Below are positions 1 through 9,725 of a stretch of DNA of 22,239 bases, in pieces. Positions within the stretch are counted from its first letter, which is position 1; every line of letters starts with the position of its first letter. Location of the stretch: NCBI GenBank assembly GCA_040081625.1, contig JBEBGD010000091.1, forward strand, positions 1 to 22,239. Reading direction: 5' to 3'. Source of the stretch: Chthoniobacteraceae bacterium. GTDB lineage: Bacteria > Verrucomicrobiota > Verrucomicrobiia > Chthoniobacterales > Chthoniobacteraceae. The notes under the pieces are model-generated. The model saw only the letters and a program-made list of their open reading frames with translations. It searched no databases and had not been told where the DNA came from. Made by a program: the position numbers and the translations under genes.

Positions 1-412
1 CTGCGTCGCATCCGGCGCAAACGTCGTCGGCTCATCGTCGCGTTCTGGAAACAAGCGGAGCTTTGGCCCTGATGTCACTGTATAACGCAGCGCTCAATAG
101 TAGCACTGCTATGATTCGAAAGCGCATCGCTGGTTGGCCCAACCCCGAATCCAGCGACTCGCCCCGCTCCGGCTCGGTGCCGGAAACGCTTCGCATAAAA
201 CCAGCGGCGGTCTCATTCATCGCCCGCGTTGTTCCCATAAAGCCCCGCCGCCGCCAAGCCCGATTTCGCGCGGGGTCAGACTCCGCGCACGGGGATCTCC
301 ATCACGGCGCTCTTCTGGCCGAAGGGCACGTTCTTGTAGCGATATTGCACATGCTCGTTTTCCCGCCGGCGCGTGGCGTGTTTCGTCGAGGAGACGCCGT
401 AGCGGCGCGCGC

Positions 413-1645
413 TCAGCCGGTGATCGGCCGCAGGTCGATGAGATGGAGCTGGCGCCCGCCGGTGTGCGGGCTGTCGATGCACGCGAACTTCCCATCGCGC
501 GAGCTGCGCGGGTGCGTGTCGCAGCGCCACTCACCGGTGTATTCCTTCGGCGAGTGGAAGGCGCCGAGCATGTGCAGGCGCCTGGTCGGGAGGTGCAGCA
601 GGTAGGGCTTCTGGTTGCGCTCCTTGTCGGGATACGTGTCGCTGAGGATCCACTCGTTGCCGGGGAGATAGGTGCAGTGGCCGTCGGGCGGCAACATGCC
701 GTCGATGGGCTCGGCGTTGTTCGTCTTGTCCTCGAAGACCTGGAAGCGCCAGATCTGCTCGTCCCATCCGGCGTAGGCGAGGATGTGTGTCGCGTCGCGC
801 CAGACGAAGTGGGAGACTTTGCCGCTTGGGTTGAGGAGATGGAGATCCTTGCCGTCGGCGCCGGCGGTGAACTGGCGGGTCAGCCAGCGTTTGCCCTCGG
901 CTTCGCCCTGCCAGCGGTGGAGGAAGGTGAAGCGTTTGGCGCCCGGCGCGACGAGCAGGTGGTTGAACCAGTGCTTGCTGTTGGGCGAGAAGCCGCCGGG
1001 TTGCGCGACCTTTGCAACGTCGGCGAAGGAGAGCAGCAGCGATTGCTCGCCGGTCGTGAGATCAATCTTCCAGATGCCCGCGTCCTCGGGCGCGAGCACG
1101 GCGCGGTTCGGGTCGGCGAGGCCGCTGTAGCCGTAGCCGGGGCGCGTGTCGTTCAGCCGTCGAAAGTCGGGCGAGATGCCCCAGCGTCCGTCGGGGCTGA
1201 GCGCATAAACGGGGTGGGGGATCGTGCGCTTCTCCCGCGTTTTCACATCCATGATGCGGCAGACGAAGCGGTCGCCGTCGCGGTCATTCCACATGACGGT
1301 CGAGTCGGTGCCCGGCACCCACTGGAGCATGCAACCCTGCTGCCAGTTCCACGCGCGCGATTCGCCCAGCTCGATCCATTTGTCGCCGTCGTGAAGATCG
1401 ACCATGCCGACCTTGATCACGTCGTCCGGCGTCGGCGAGCGGTGCTCGAAATCGACCTGATTGCTGAGCACGAAACGCCCGCTCGGGTCGAACTGGTCTT
1501 TGTCGTAATACGCGAACCAATGATACTTCGGCCCGCGCGTGATCGTGCGGATGGGAGGGAGCTTCTCGCTGGTCTGAGCGTGGAGCGCGGTGCTGAGCGA
1601 AGCGGCGGCGGCGGTGCGGAGAAAGGCGCGGCGGGGAAGAGTCAT
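413..1645 (-). CDS. Tat-exported beta-propeller protein, TolB-like / oligogalacturonate-lyase-like
   Basis: Start MTLPRRAFLRTAAAASLSTALHA has a twin-arginine motif and AxA cleavage site; propeller-type motifs (FDPSGRFV, LSPDGRW, SRDGKF); His motifs WFNH, SHFVW, GHCTY, RCDTHP. ORF track extends 4 codons further to 1657. Confidence 0.75.
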   Translation of the reverse strand: MTLPRRAFLRTAAAASLSTALHAQTSEKLPPIRTITRGPKYHWFAYYDKDQFDPSGRFVLSNQVDFEHRSPTPDDVIKVGMVDLHDGDKWIELGESRAWNWQQGCMLQWVPGTDSTVMWNDRDGDRFVCRIMDVKTREKRTIPHPVYALSPDGRWGISPDFRRLNDTRPGYGYSGLADPNRAVLAPEDAGIWKIDLTTGEQSLLLSFADVAKVAQPGGFSPNSKHWFNHLLVAPGAKRFTFLHRWQGEAEGKRWLTRQFTAGADGKDLHLLNPSGKVSHFVWRDATHILAYAGWDEQIWRFQVFEDKTNNAEPIDGMLPPDGHCTYLPGNEWILSDTYPDKERNQKPYLLHLPTRRLHMLGAFHSPKEYTGEWRCDTHPRSSRDGKFACIDSPHTGGRQLHLIDLRPITG

Positions 1646-1663
1646 GCCCCACTTCATACCCCG

Positions 1664-1700
1664 AAAAACAACAAGCCCGCCACCGCGAACGGTGACGGGC
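1664..1700 (-). terminator. Rho-independent terminator of gap
   Basis: Minus strand GCCCGUCACCG-UUCG-CGGUGGCGGGC (11-bp stem, one G.U) followed by UUGUUGUUUUU, about 20 nt after the gap stop. Confidence 0.85.
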
Positions 1701-1720
1701 CTGTGCGGGAGAGAGTCGGC

Positions 1721-2815
<1,095 letters not shown>

Positions 2816-2886
2816 TTAAGCGGGCCGCGAGGGATCGTCAACGGCGCGCTTTCATCCCGGCGCTCCACCGCTACGGTCCGCGCCCC

Positions 2887-4221
2887 ATGCCCGCCCTTCG
2901 CAGTCTCATCCACGAAAGCCGCGCGACGCTCGTGCTCGCCGTGCCGCTGATGGCCGGGCAGCTCTCGCAGATGCTCATGGGCCTGACCGACAGCGCGATG
3001 GTCGGGCGCGTCGGCGTGGTGCCGCTGGCGGCGGCGGCGTTCGGCAATTCCATCCTCGGCGTGCCGATGCTCGTCGGCATCGGATTGCTCGTGTCGGTCT
3101 CGGTCCGCGTGGCTCAGGCGCACGGCGCAAATGAACGCGCGGAGACCGGCGAAGTGCTCCGGCACGGCCTCGTGCTCAGCCTCATCGTCGGCGCGCTGCT
3201 CGCGGCAGCGGTGTGGGCGCTGAGCCTCGTGCTCGATCGCTTCGGCCAGCCAGCCGAGGTCGCAGCGGAGGCGCGCAACTACGTCGTCATCGTCGGCGTC
3301 TCGCTCATCCCGATGCTGGCGTCGCTCGCGCTCAAGCAATTCAGCGAAGCGCTGCATCACCCGTGGCCGCCGATGCTCATCCTGCTCGCGAGTGTGGCGC
3401 TCAACGTCGTGCTCAACTGGATCTTCATCTACGGCAATCTCGGCGCGCCGGCGCTCGGGCTGGAGGGCTCGGCGTGGGCGACGCTGCTCTCGCGCTGCGC
3501 CGCGGTGTGGGCGATGTGGGTGTTCGTGCGACGCGCGCGGCGATTTTCGGAGCACGCGCCGGCTGCGTGGCTGCGTCCGCTCGTCGCGGAGAAATTCCGC
3601 GCGCTCGTGCGGCTCGGTCTGCCCGCGTCGGGGATGCTCGTGATCGAAAGCAGCGCGTTCAGCATCGCGGCGCTGATGACGGGCTGGCTCGGCGCCGCGC
3701 CGCTCGCCGCGCACCAGATCGCGCTCTCATGTGCATCGACCACGTTCATGCTTCCGCTCGGTCTGAGCATCGCCGCGACGATCCGCGTGAGCCAGGCCGT
3801 CGGCGCAAACGATCACGCGCGGCTCCGCGCGATTTCCGTGAGCGCGCTTTTGCTCGGCGTGGCGATCATGGCGGTGTGCGGGTTGGTGCTCGCACTCGCG
3901 CGCGTGCCCATCGCCGCCGCGTTCGTCGAGGATCGCGCCGTCATCGAACTCGCCGCGACGCTGCTCGTCGCGGCGGCGGTTTTCCAGATGTTCGACGGCG
4001 CGCAGGTCGTCGCCGCCGGTGTGCTGCGCGGACTCTCCGATGTGAATGTGCCAGTCGCGCTCTGTGTGCTGGCCTACTGGCTCATCTCGCTGCCGCTCGG
4101 CTACGCCGCGGCGTTTTGGTGGGGCTTCGGTCCGCTCGGCGTGTGGATCGGGCTGGCCGCGGGGCTCGGCATCGCCGCTGTGCTGCTCGTCGGTCGCGTG
4201 CTCTGGCGCACGCGGGTTTAA
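2887..4221 (+). CDS. MATE family efflux transporter (NorM-like)
   Basis: Polytopic hydrophobic protein; LAVPLMAGQLSQMLMGLTDSAMVGRVG, LGLEGSAWATLLSR, LAAHQIA, FQMFDGAQVVAAGVLRGLSD motifs. Start placed at ATG 2887. Confidence 0.93.
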   Translation: MPALRSLIHESRATLVLAVPLMAGQLSQMLMGLTDSAMVGRVGVVPLAAAAFGNSILGVPMLVGIGLLVSVSVRVAQAHGANERAETGEVLRHGLVLSLIVGALLAAAVWALSLVLDRFGQPAEVAAEARNYVVIVGVSLIPMLASLALKQFSEALHHPWPPMLILLASVALNVVLNWIFIYGNLGAPALGLEGSAWATLLSRCAAVWAMWVFVRRARRFSEHAPAAWLRPLVAEKFRALVRLGLPASGMLVIESSAFSIAALMTGWLGAAPLAAHQIALSCASTTFMLPLGLSIAATIRVSQAVGANDHARLRAISVSALLLGVAIMAVCGLVLALARVPIAAAFVEDRAVIELAATLLVAAAVFQMFDGAQVVAAGVLRGLSDVNVPVALCVLAYWLISLPLGYAAAFWWGFGPLGVWIGLAAGLGIAAVLLVGRVLWRTRV

Positions 4222-4230
4222 GCGCGCAGT

Positions 4231-4291
4231 TGTAGCCACGGCGCTCTGCGCCGTGGTCGACGCCTGCACGGCGCAGAGCGCCGTGGCTACA
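4231..4291. repeat. REP doublet (REPIN-like), GTAG family
   Basis: Perfect 25-bp inverted repeat TGTAGCCACGGCGCTCTGCGCCGTG (4231-4255 / 4267-4291) with 11-nt spacer; each arm is GTAG plus an internal palindrome CACGGCGC-TCT-GCGCCGTG. Confidence 0.8.
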
Positions 4292-4373
4292 GAAGCTACA
4301 GTAGTGGCTGCGGAAGTTCTCAATCCACCCGCGGCGCTTGTCAGCACCGGACGCTCCCACTTGAGTGTGCGCG

Positions 4374-4982
4374 ATGATCCGCGCCTTCCTCTTCGACATC
4401 GGCAACGTGCTCCTGAGATTCGACTTCACGCTCGCCGCGCGAAAGATCGCGGCGCAGAGCGACGTGTCCGATCCGGTCGAGGCGCTGGCGCTGATCGACC
4501 GCGTGAAGCCCGCCTACGAGGACGGGCAGATCGATCGCGCGGCCTTCCTGCGCGGCGCGGCGGACGCGATCGGCTTTCGCGGCACCGATGCGGATTTCAT
4601 CGCGGCATGGGAGGAAATCTTCGAGCTGAACGAACCGATGGCGGCGCTTGTCGCGCAGCTCGCGCCGCGCTTTCCGCTCTACCTGCTCAGCAACACGAAC
4701 GACATCCATCACGCTTACTTCACGCGGCGCTACCCGGTCTTCGCGCACTTCCGCGGCGGCACGTTCAGCCACGTCGTGCGCGCGTCGAAGCCGGGGCGCG
4801 AGATCTACGAGATCGCCTGCCGCGAGCACGGCCTCGAGCCGGCCACGACCTTCTTCATCGACGACCTGCTACCGAACATCGAGACCGCGCGAGCGCTAGG
4901 TTTCCAGACGCATCACTACCATGCCGCGCAACACGCCGCGCTGCTCGCGCAGATCCGCACCTTCATCTTGCCGCTGGGTTAA
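4374..4982 (+). CDS. HAD-superfamily phosphatase (subfamily IA, YihX-like)
   Basis: Motif I FDIGNVL, motif II LLSNTN, motif III SKP, motif IV FFIDDLLPNI. Confidence 0.93.
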   Translation: MIRAFLFDIGNVLLRFDFTLAARKIAAQSDVSDPVEALALIDRVKPAYEDGQIDRAAFLRGAADAIGFRGTDADFIAAWEEIFELNEPMAALVAQLAPRFPLYLLSNTNDIHHAYFTRRYPVFAHFRGGTFSHVVRASKPGREIYEIACREHGLEPATTFFIDDLLPNIETARALGFQTHHYHAAQHAALLAQIRTFILPLG

Positions 4983-4993
4983 GCCGAAGCATT

Positions 4994-5371
4994 TCCGTGC
5001 CAAGCTGCCTCACATCCGATCTCCGCAGCGGAATATCCGGCCTCCGCAGCGACGAATCCGAAGTCCGCTGGCATAAATCCGCTCCCCTCAGCCGGTCCTC
5101 CAGAAGCCGCAGCCGTCCGTCCGAAGCCCGCCGCCGTCCCTGCAGAAGCCGCAGCCGTCTGTCCAGAACCCGCAGCCCTTCCTCCGCTGTCAGCCGGCTT
5201 CCCTCCAGAAACCGCGACCGTCCCTCCAGAAGGCGCAGGCACTCCGCGGAAAGCCGCTGCCTTCCATCCGTTCTCCGCAGCCTTGGCTTCGCGAGTAGAT
5301 GCCTCCCGTCCAAGTCCCGCCGCATTCCCTCCTCAGTCAGCCGCGATCCCTCCGTCCCGCGCGACCCTTAC
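4994..5371. repeat. Degenerate tandem array of 18 x 21-bp units
   Basis: Units start at 4994, 5015, 5036 ... 5351 in exact 21-nt register; approximate consensus TCCRNNNNCCGCAGCCNTCCN, e.g. tccagaagccgcagccgtccg, tccagaacccgcagcccttcc, tccagaaaccgcgaccgtccc. Confidence 0.9.
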
Positions 5372-5754
5372 TGCTTGGTCCGCACGCTCAGCGTGCCGTC
5401 CAGCTTCGCCGTCCTCACGATGTTTCCATCGAACCCCGTCCCGTAGAGTGCTTCGTGGATGTGCGAGTGCGTGATCCCGAGCAGCTCGATCGTCTTGTTC
5501 AGCTCGGGCCGCCCCTCGAAAACCTTGGCGAGATAAGCCACCAGCTTGTCCGCAAACTCGTCATCCTGCGCCCCCGCATCGATCAGCACCACGCCGCACT
5601 TCGTCTCGATCAACGTCGCCGCCGCCTGCCCGACATTGATGAAATGAAATTTACACGTCGGCTCCTCCTGCGCCCAACCCCGCGCCCCCAGCGCGAAGAC
5701 GAGAAGAAAAAGGGAGAGGATCGAAACGCGCGCGGACCGGGCGGAGGTTTTCAT
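5368..5754 (-). pseudogene. Internally deleted ComEC/Rec2-like metallo-beta-lactamase-fold protein with signal peptide
   Basis: Signal peptide, then KFHFINVGQAAATLIE..VLIDAG and ITHSHIH (broken HxHxDH), followed immediately by C-terminal-type YGTGFDGNIV; only 128 aa. Confidence 0.7.
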
Positions 5755-5828
5755 GGCAACGCGCGTCTGCCAAATCGCCACGGCGGTTGTCACGCCAAAA
5801 AGCGGCGCGCTGCCGGCGACGAAACGCC

Positions 5829-5918
5829 TCCCGCCCGATCAAAGACCTCGACGCGCTCGACAAGGTTCCAGGCATCGGGTCGAAGACGATTGAGGCGCTG
5901 CGGGAGTTGCTGATATTT
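5829..5918 (+). pseudogene. ComEA-like helix-hairpin-helix remnant
   Basis: SRPIKDLDALDKVPGIGSKTIEALRELLIF matches the HhH pattern L..VPGIG.K.; only a weak TTG start (5787). Confidence 0.6.
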
Positions 5919-5975
5919 TCGCGAACGCAAGAAGACGCTCGCAGGTTCGTGCGAGTGCCGCTAAGACGCGCGGCC

Positions 5976-7835
5976 ATGCCCGCCCTCGACTTCAAAGGAA
6001 AGAGCTTCATCTACACGCACCATCTCGGCGTGCCGTATCGCGAGTTGCTCGTGGTGCCGGAGAAGAGCGAGCCCGCCGGCGGCACGCCCGATCTCGACGG
6101 CAATCTCATCCTCCACGGCGACAATCTCGAAGCGCTCAAGGCGCTGTTGCCGCGCTACGCGGGCAAGGTGGACTGCATCTACATCGACCCGCCCTACAAC
6201 ACGGGTGGTGATTGGGGATACAGCGATGACGTCAATAGTCCGTTGATGCGGGAATGGTTGAAGAGATCCGCAAATCCTGTGGATCGCGAAGACCTGCTCC
6301 GTCACGATAAATGGCTCTGCATGATGTGGCCACGCCTTCAAGTGTTGCGGGAATTACTCTCAGAGGATGGAGCAATCTTCGTTTCAATTGGCAACCACGA
6401 GGAACATCGGTTGCGGTGCTTGATGGATGAGATTTTTGGCGATGAGCAATTCGTCGCGTGCTTCGTTTGGAAATCGCGGGCGAAGCCATCAAACATTGGC
6501 GACAAGAAACGAAAGCCCCAACAGGTGTCAGAATATGTCCTCGTTTATGCCAAAGCCGGGAAGGGTGAAGATAAGATATTCGGCTTGCTCCACTCAGGCG
6601 ACGATCGCAGCTATCCGCACAAACATGGAGACCGGAAATACCGGCTTCAGACGATCTTGAAGTCCAACCGCGGAACGAATCAGCGTGATACGATGACCTT
6701 CGAGGTCGAAGGCTATACGCCGCCCGCCGGTCAGCGCTGGCAAGGAGGGGAAACAGAGATCAAGCGACTGCACGCCGAGGGATACGTTGAGTATCGCGAG
6801 GGAACGCCTTTCCGCCGGTATTTTGAGGACGAAGAAGATCCCGAGCACGCGCCAATTTATACATTCATTGACCCCGACGTTAGCGGAACGGCCGAACAGG
6901 GTAAGAATCTGCTGAATCAAATCGTCGGCGATCGCCATAACTTTGACAGCGTCAAACCGCTCGGGTTGGTTGAGTATCTTCTGCGTTTTGCAACAGAGCG
7001 CGATTCCATCATCTTGGACTCCTTTGGCGGAAGCGGCACGACGGCGCATGCCGTGCTGGCACTAAATGCGAAGGATGAAGGGAACCGCAAATTCATTCTC
7101 GTGCAGTGCGATGAATTTCAAAAGGAAACGCGCGAGCTTGTGGATATTTGCGACACGCTCACGGCCGAGCGCGTGCGGCGCGTTATCCGCGGCTACGATT
7201 ACACCGGCACACAGGAGACGGACCTGCATCCGCCGGAGAAGGTGACGTGGACCACCTTCGCTAAGGACAAGAACCGCATCGAAATCCTCGAACGCATCGA
7301 AGCCACCAAGACGCTCGACGGCGCGAACTACGAGAAGATCGAAACGAAGATCGAGGACGGTGTGCTGACCGTGGTGGGGAAGAAGACCGTGGAGAAAGAG
7401 ATGCCCGGCCTCGGCGGCAGCTTCACCTACGTGGAGCTTGGCGAAGCAATGGATTTGGAGCGCCTGCTGGCGGAGACGCCCGGCACGCTTCCCGGCTTCC
7501 CCGCGCTGGCGCGCTACCTTTTCCACAACTCCACCGGGCACACGCTCGCGACCACCGCCGATGTGCTAGCGCCCGGCGATGCGCCGGTGCTTATCGGCGA
7601 GACCGCGGTGTGGCGCATCTACCTTCACTATCGCCCGGATGAAGCGTGGCTGCGCAGCCCTGCTGCTGCCTTTACGCGCACGCAAGCGGAGACAATCGCG
7701 GAGGCGAACAAGGGGAGTGGTAAGCAAGTGCTCGTTTTCGCAGCCGCTAAGTTCATCGCGCACCGTGCACTGCGGGAGGTGGGAGTGGACTTCGCGCAAC
7801 TGCCGTATGCGCTGCATCGCGTCCAAGCGGAATGA
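5976..7835 (+). CDS. mod: Type III restriction-modification DNA methyltransferase (Mod)
   Basis: NLILHGDNLEALKAL, catalytic IYIDPPYNTG, HDKWLCMMWPRL, SAM-binding ILDSFGGSGTT (beta-class order); stop overlaps res start (ATGA). Confidence 0.95.
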   Translation: MPALDFKGKSFIYTHHLGVPYRELLVVPEKSEPAGGTPDLDGNLILHGDNLEALKALLPRYAGKVDCIYIDPPYNTGGDWGYSDDVNSPLMREWLKRSANPVDREDLLRHDKWLCMMWPRLQVLRELLSEDGAIFVSIGNHEEHRLRCLMDEIFGDEQFVACFVWKSRAKPSNIGDKKRKPQQVSEYVLVYAKAGKGEDKIFGLLHSGDDRSYPHKHGDRKYRLQTILKSNRGTNQRDTMTFEVEGYTPPAGQRWQGGETEIKRLHAEGYVEYREGTPFRRYFEDEEDPEHAPIYTFIDPDVSGTAEQGKNLLNQIVGDRHNFDSVKPLGLVEYLLRFATERDSIILDSFGGSGTTAHAVLALNAKDEGNRKFILVQCDEFQKETRELVDICDTLTAERVRRVIRGYDYTGTQETDLHPPEKVTWTTFAKDKNRIEILERIEATKTLDGANYEKIETKIEDGVLTVVGKKTVEKEMPGLGGSFTYVELGEAMDLERLLAETPGTLPGFPALARYLFHNSTGHTLATTADVLAPGDAPVLIGETAVWRIYLHYRPDEAWLRSPAAAFTRTQAETIAEANKGSGKQVLVFAAAKFIAHRALREVGVDFAQLPYALHRVQAE

Positions 7836-9725
7836 AGCGCCTCGATTACCAGGAGGAAACGGTCGAGAAGTTCGGCGCCTACCTCGAGAAGCTGGCCGCG
7901 AAGCGTGGGGCGGCAGACAAGCTCGCCGAGCTTGCGCGCGCTAACGGACTGGAACCGCTGCCCGTCGATTGGTGTAAAGAGACATGGAACGCGCTCAAGG
8001 CCGAAGGCGGCCTGCCAAAAGCGAAGCACGCGGACGGCACGACCTTTGTCCCGGACTGGCAGGCGCGACTCGACGGTATCAATCGCGCGGTGCCGAACGT
8101 GTGCCTGAAACTTCCGACCGGGGCTGGAAAAACGTATCTCGCGACGCGGGGGATCGAGCAGCTCCAGCGGCTTTTCTATCGGCGGCCGAATGGACTGGTG
8201 CTCTGGCTCGTGCCAAGTGATGCGATCTTTTCCCAGACGTGGAAGAATCTCGCGAACCGCGAGCACGCCTATCGCATGACGCTGGAGCGGGCGAGCGGAG
8301 GGCGCGTAAAGCTGCTGCGGCGCGGGGATGATTTCACGAAGACCGACGTGCAGAATTATCTCTGCGTGATGGTGATGATGCTGCAGGCGACCTGGCGGGA
8401 GGACACCGACCCGCTGAAGATGTTTCAAGACACAGGCAAATACGATGGATTCTTCCCGGAGGACGACGAGGAGGCGCACAAGGCGTTGCGCCGGCTGGTG
8501 CCGAATCTCGACGTGAGCGACCTGGGCGATGAAGTGCCGTGGGGTGCGGGCGTCTCGGTGAAGCAAAGCCTCGCAAATCTACTGCGTCTGGTGCGACCGG
8601 CGGTGGTCATGGACGAGGGACAAAAAGCTTATTCCCCGAATGCACGGCGAGCGCTGGCGCGGCTGAACCCGAGCTTCATCCTCGAAATGACTGCGACGCC
8701 AAACAAGGGTCGCGAGCAATTGAGCAATGTGCTGCACGGCGTCAGCGGCATGGCTTTGAAAAAAGAGCAGATGGTGAAGCTGCCGCTAATTCTCCACGAC
8801 GCGGGACGTGGCGACTGGAAAGACACACTCGCAGCGGCGCACGGGAAGCTAAACGAACTGCGAGCACTCGCCGACCGCGAACGCGATGAAACGGGTCGCT
8901 ACGTGCGGCCGATCCTGCTCGTGCGCGTGGAGCGAACCGGAAAGGATCAGAGAGATGATCCGACGAAGGTGCATGCCGACCATGTGCGGGAGTATCTACA
9001 CGGCACGCTCAACGCGCGGGGGGAGGAAGTCGCCGAAAAGAGCAGCGCGGAGGACGAACTGACGGCGCACGACTTGATGAGCGAGACGTGTCCGGTGCGG
9101 TTCATCATCACCAAGGACGCGCTGCGCGAAGGCTGGGATTGTCCGTTCGCGTATGTGCTCGCGGTGATGGACGCAACGACGGCTCCGACCGCGCTTACGC
9201 AAATGATCGGACGCATCCTGCGCCAACCCGATGCGGAGCGCTTCGAGGCGAAGCGGGAAGAATTGAACCAATCCCACGTCTTCGTGCGCATGGGCAACGT
9301 GGCCGACGCCGTGAGGAAAGTGCGCGAAGGGTTGGAGAGCGAAGGCATGGGCGATCTCGGTGAACTCGTGCGCGCAGCGGGCGCTGGCGGAGCCGGTGGG
9401 ACAGGCCAACAAGTGACGGTCGAGCGTCGGGCTCAGTTCAACCGCCGCATCTTTCTCCCGCGCCTGCTCGCCAAAACCGGGGACGGCTGGCGGTTGTTTG
9501 ATTACGAAAGCGACCTGTATCCCGAGGTTCCGTGGGAGCAGCTCGAATGGAAAGGCGCGGCGCAGTTCTCACCCGACGACGCAGCGGCGCTGGCGCACAC
9601 GCGCGTAGCGGTGGATGTGGACCATCTCGGCAGCGACGCGCCGCGACCTGCGAGCGAGGTAGAGAGCGGAGTGAAACCGGCGCTGGATTTTCCGGCACTG
9701 GTGCGGTTGCTCTCGGACGTCATCC

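Noticed and set aside
276..400. Minus-strand peptide ..VQYRYKNVPFGQKSAVMEIPVRGV as a gene
   Set aside because: Looks protein-like but has no credible start outside the upstream gene; at most a remnant.
4994..5371. CRISPR array
   Set aside because: No identical repeats with unique spacers, the period is only 21 nt, and no cas genes are present.
5976..6200. Phase-variable mod (phasevarion)
   Set aside because: No simple-sequence repeat tract in the 5' region or upstream.
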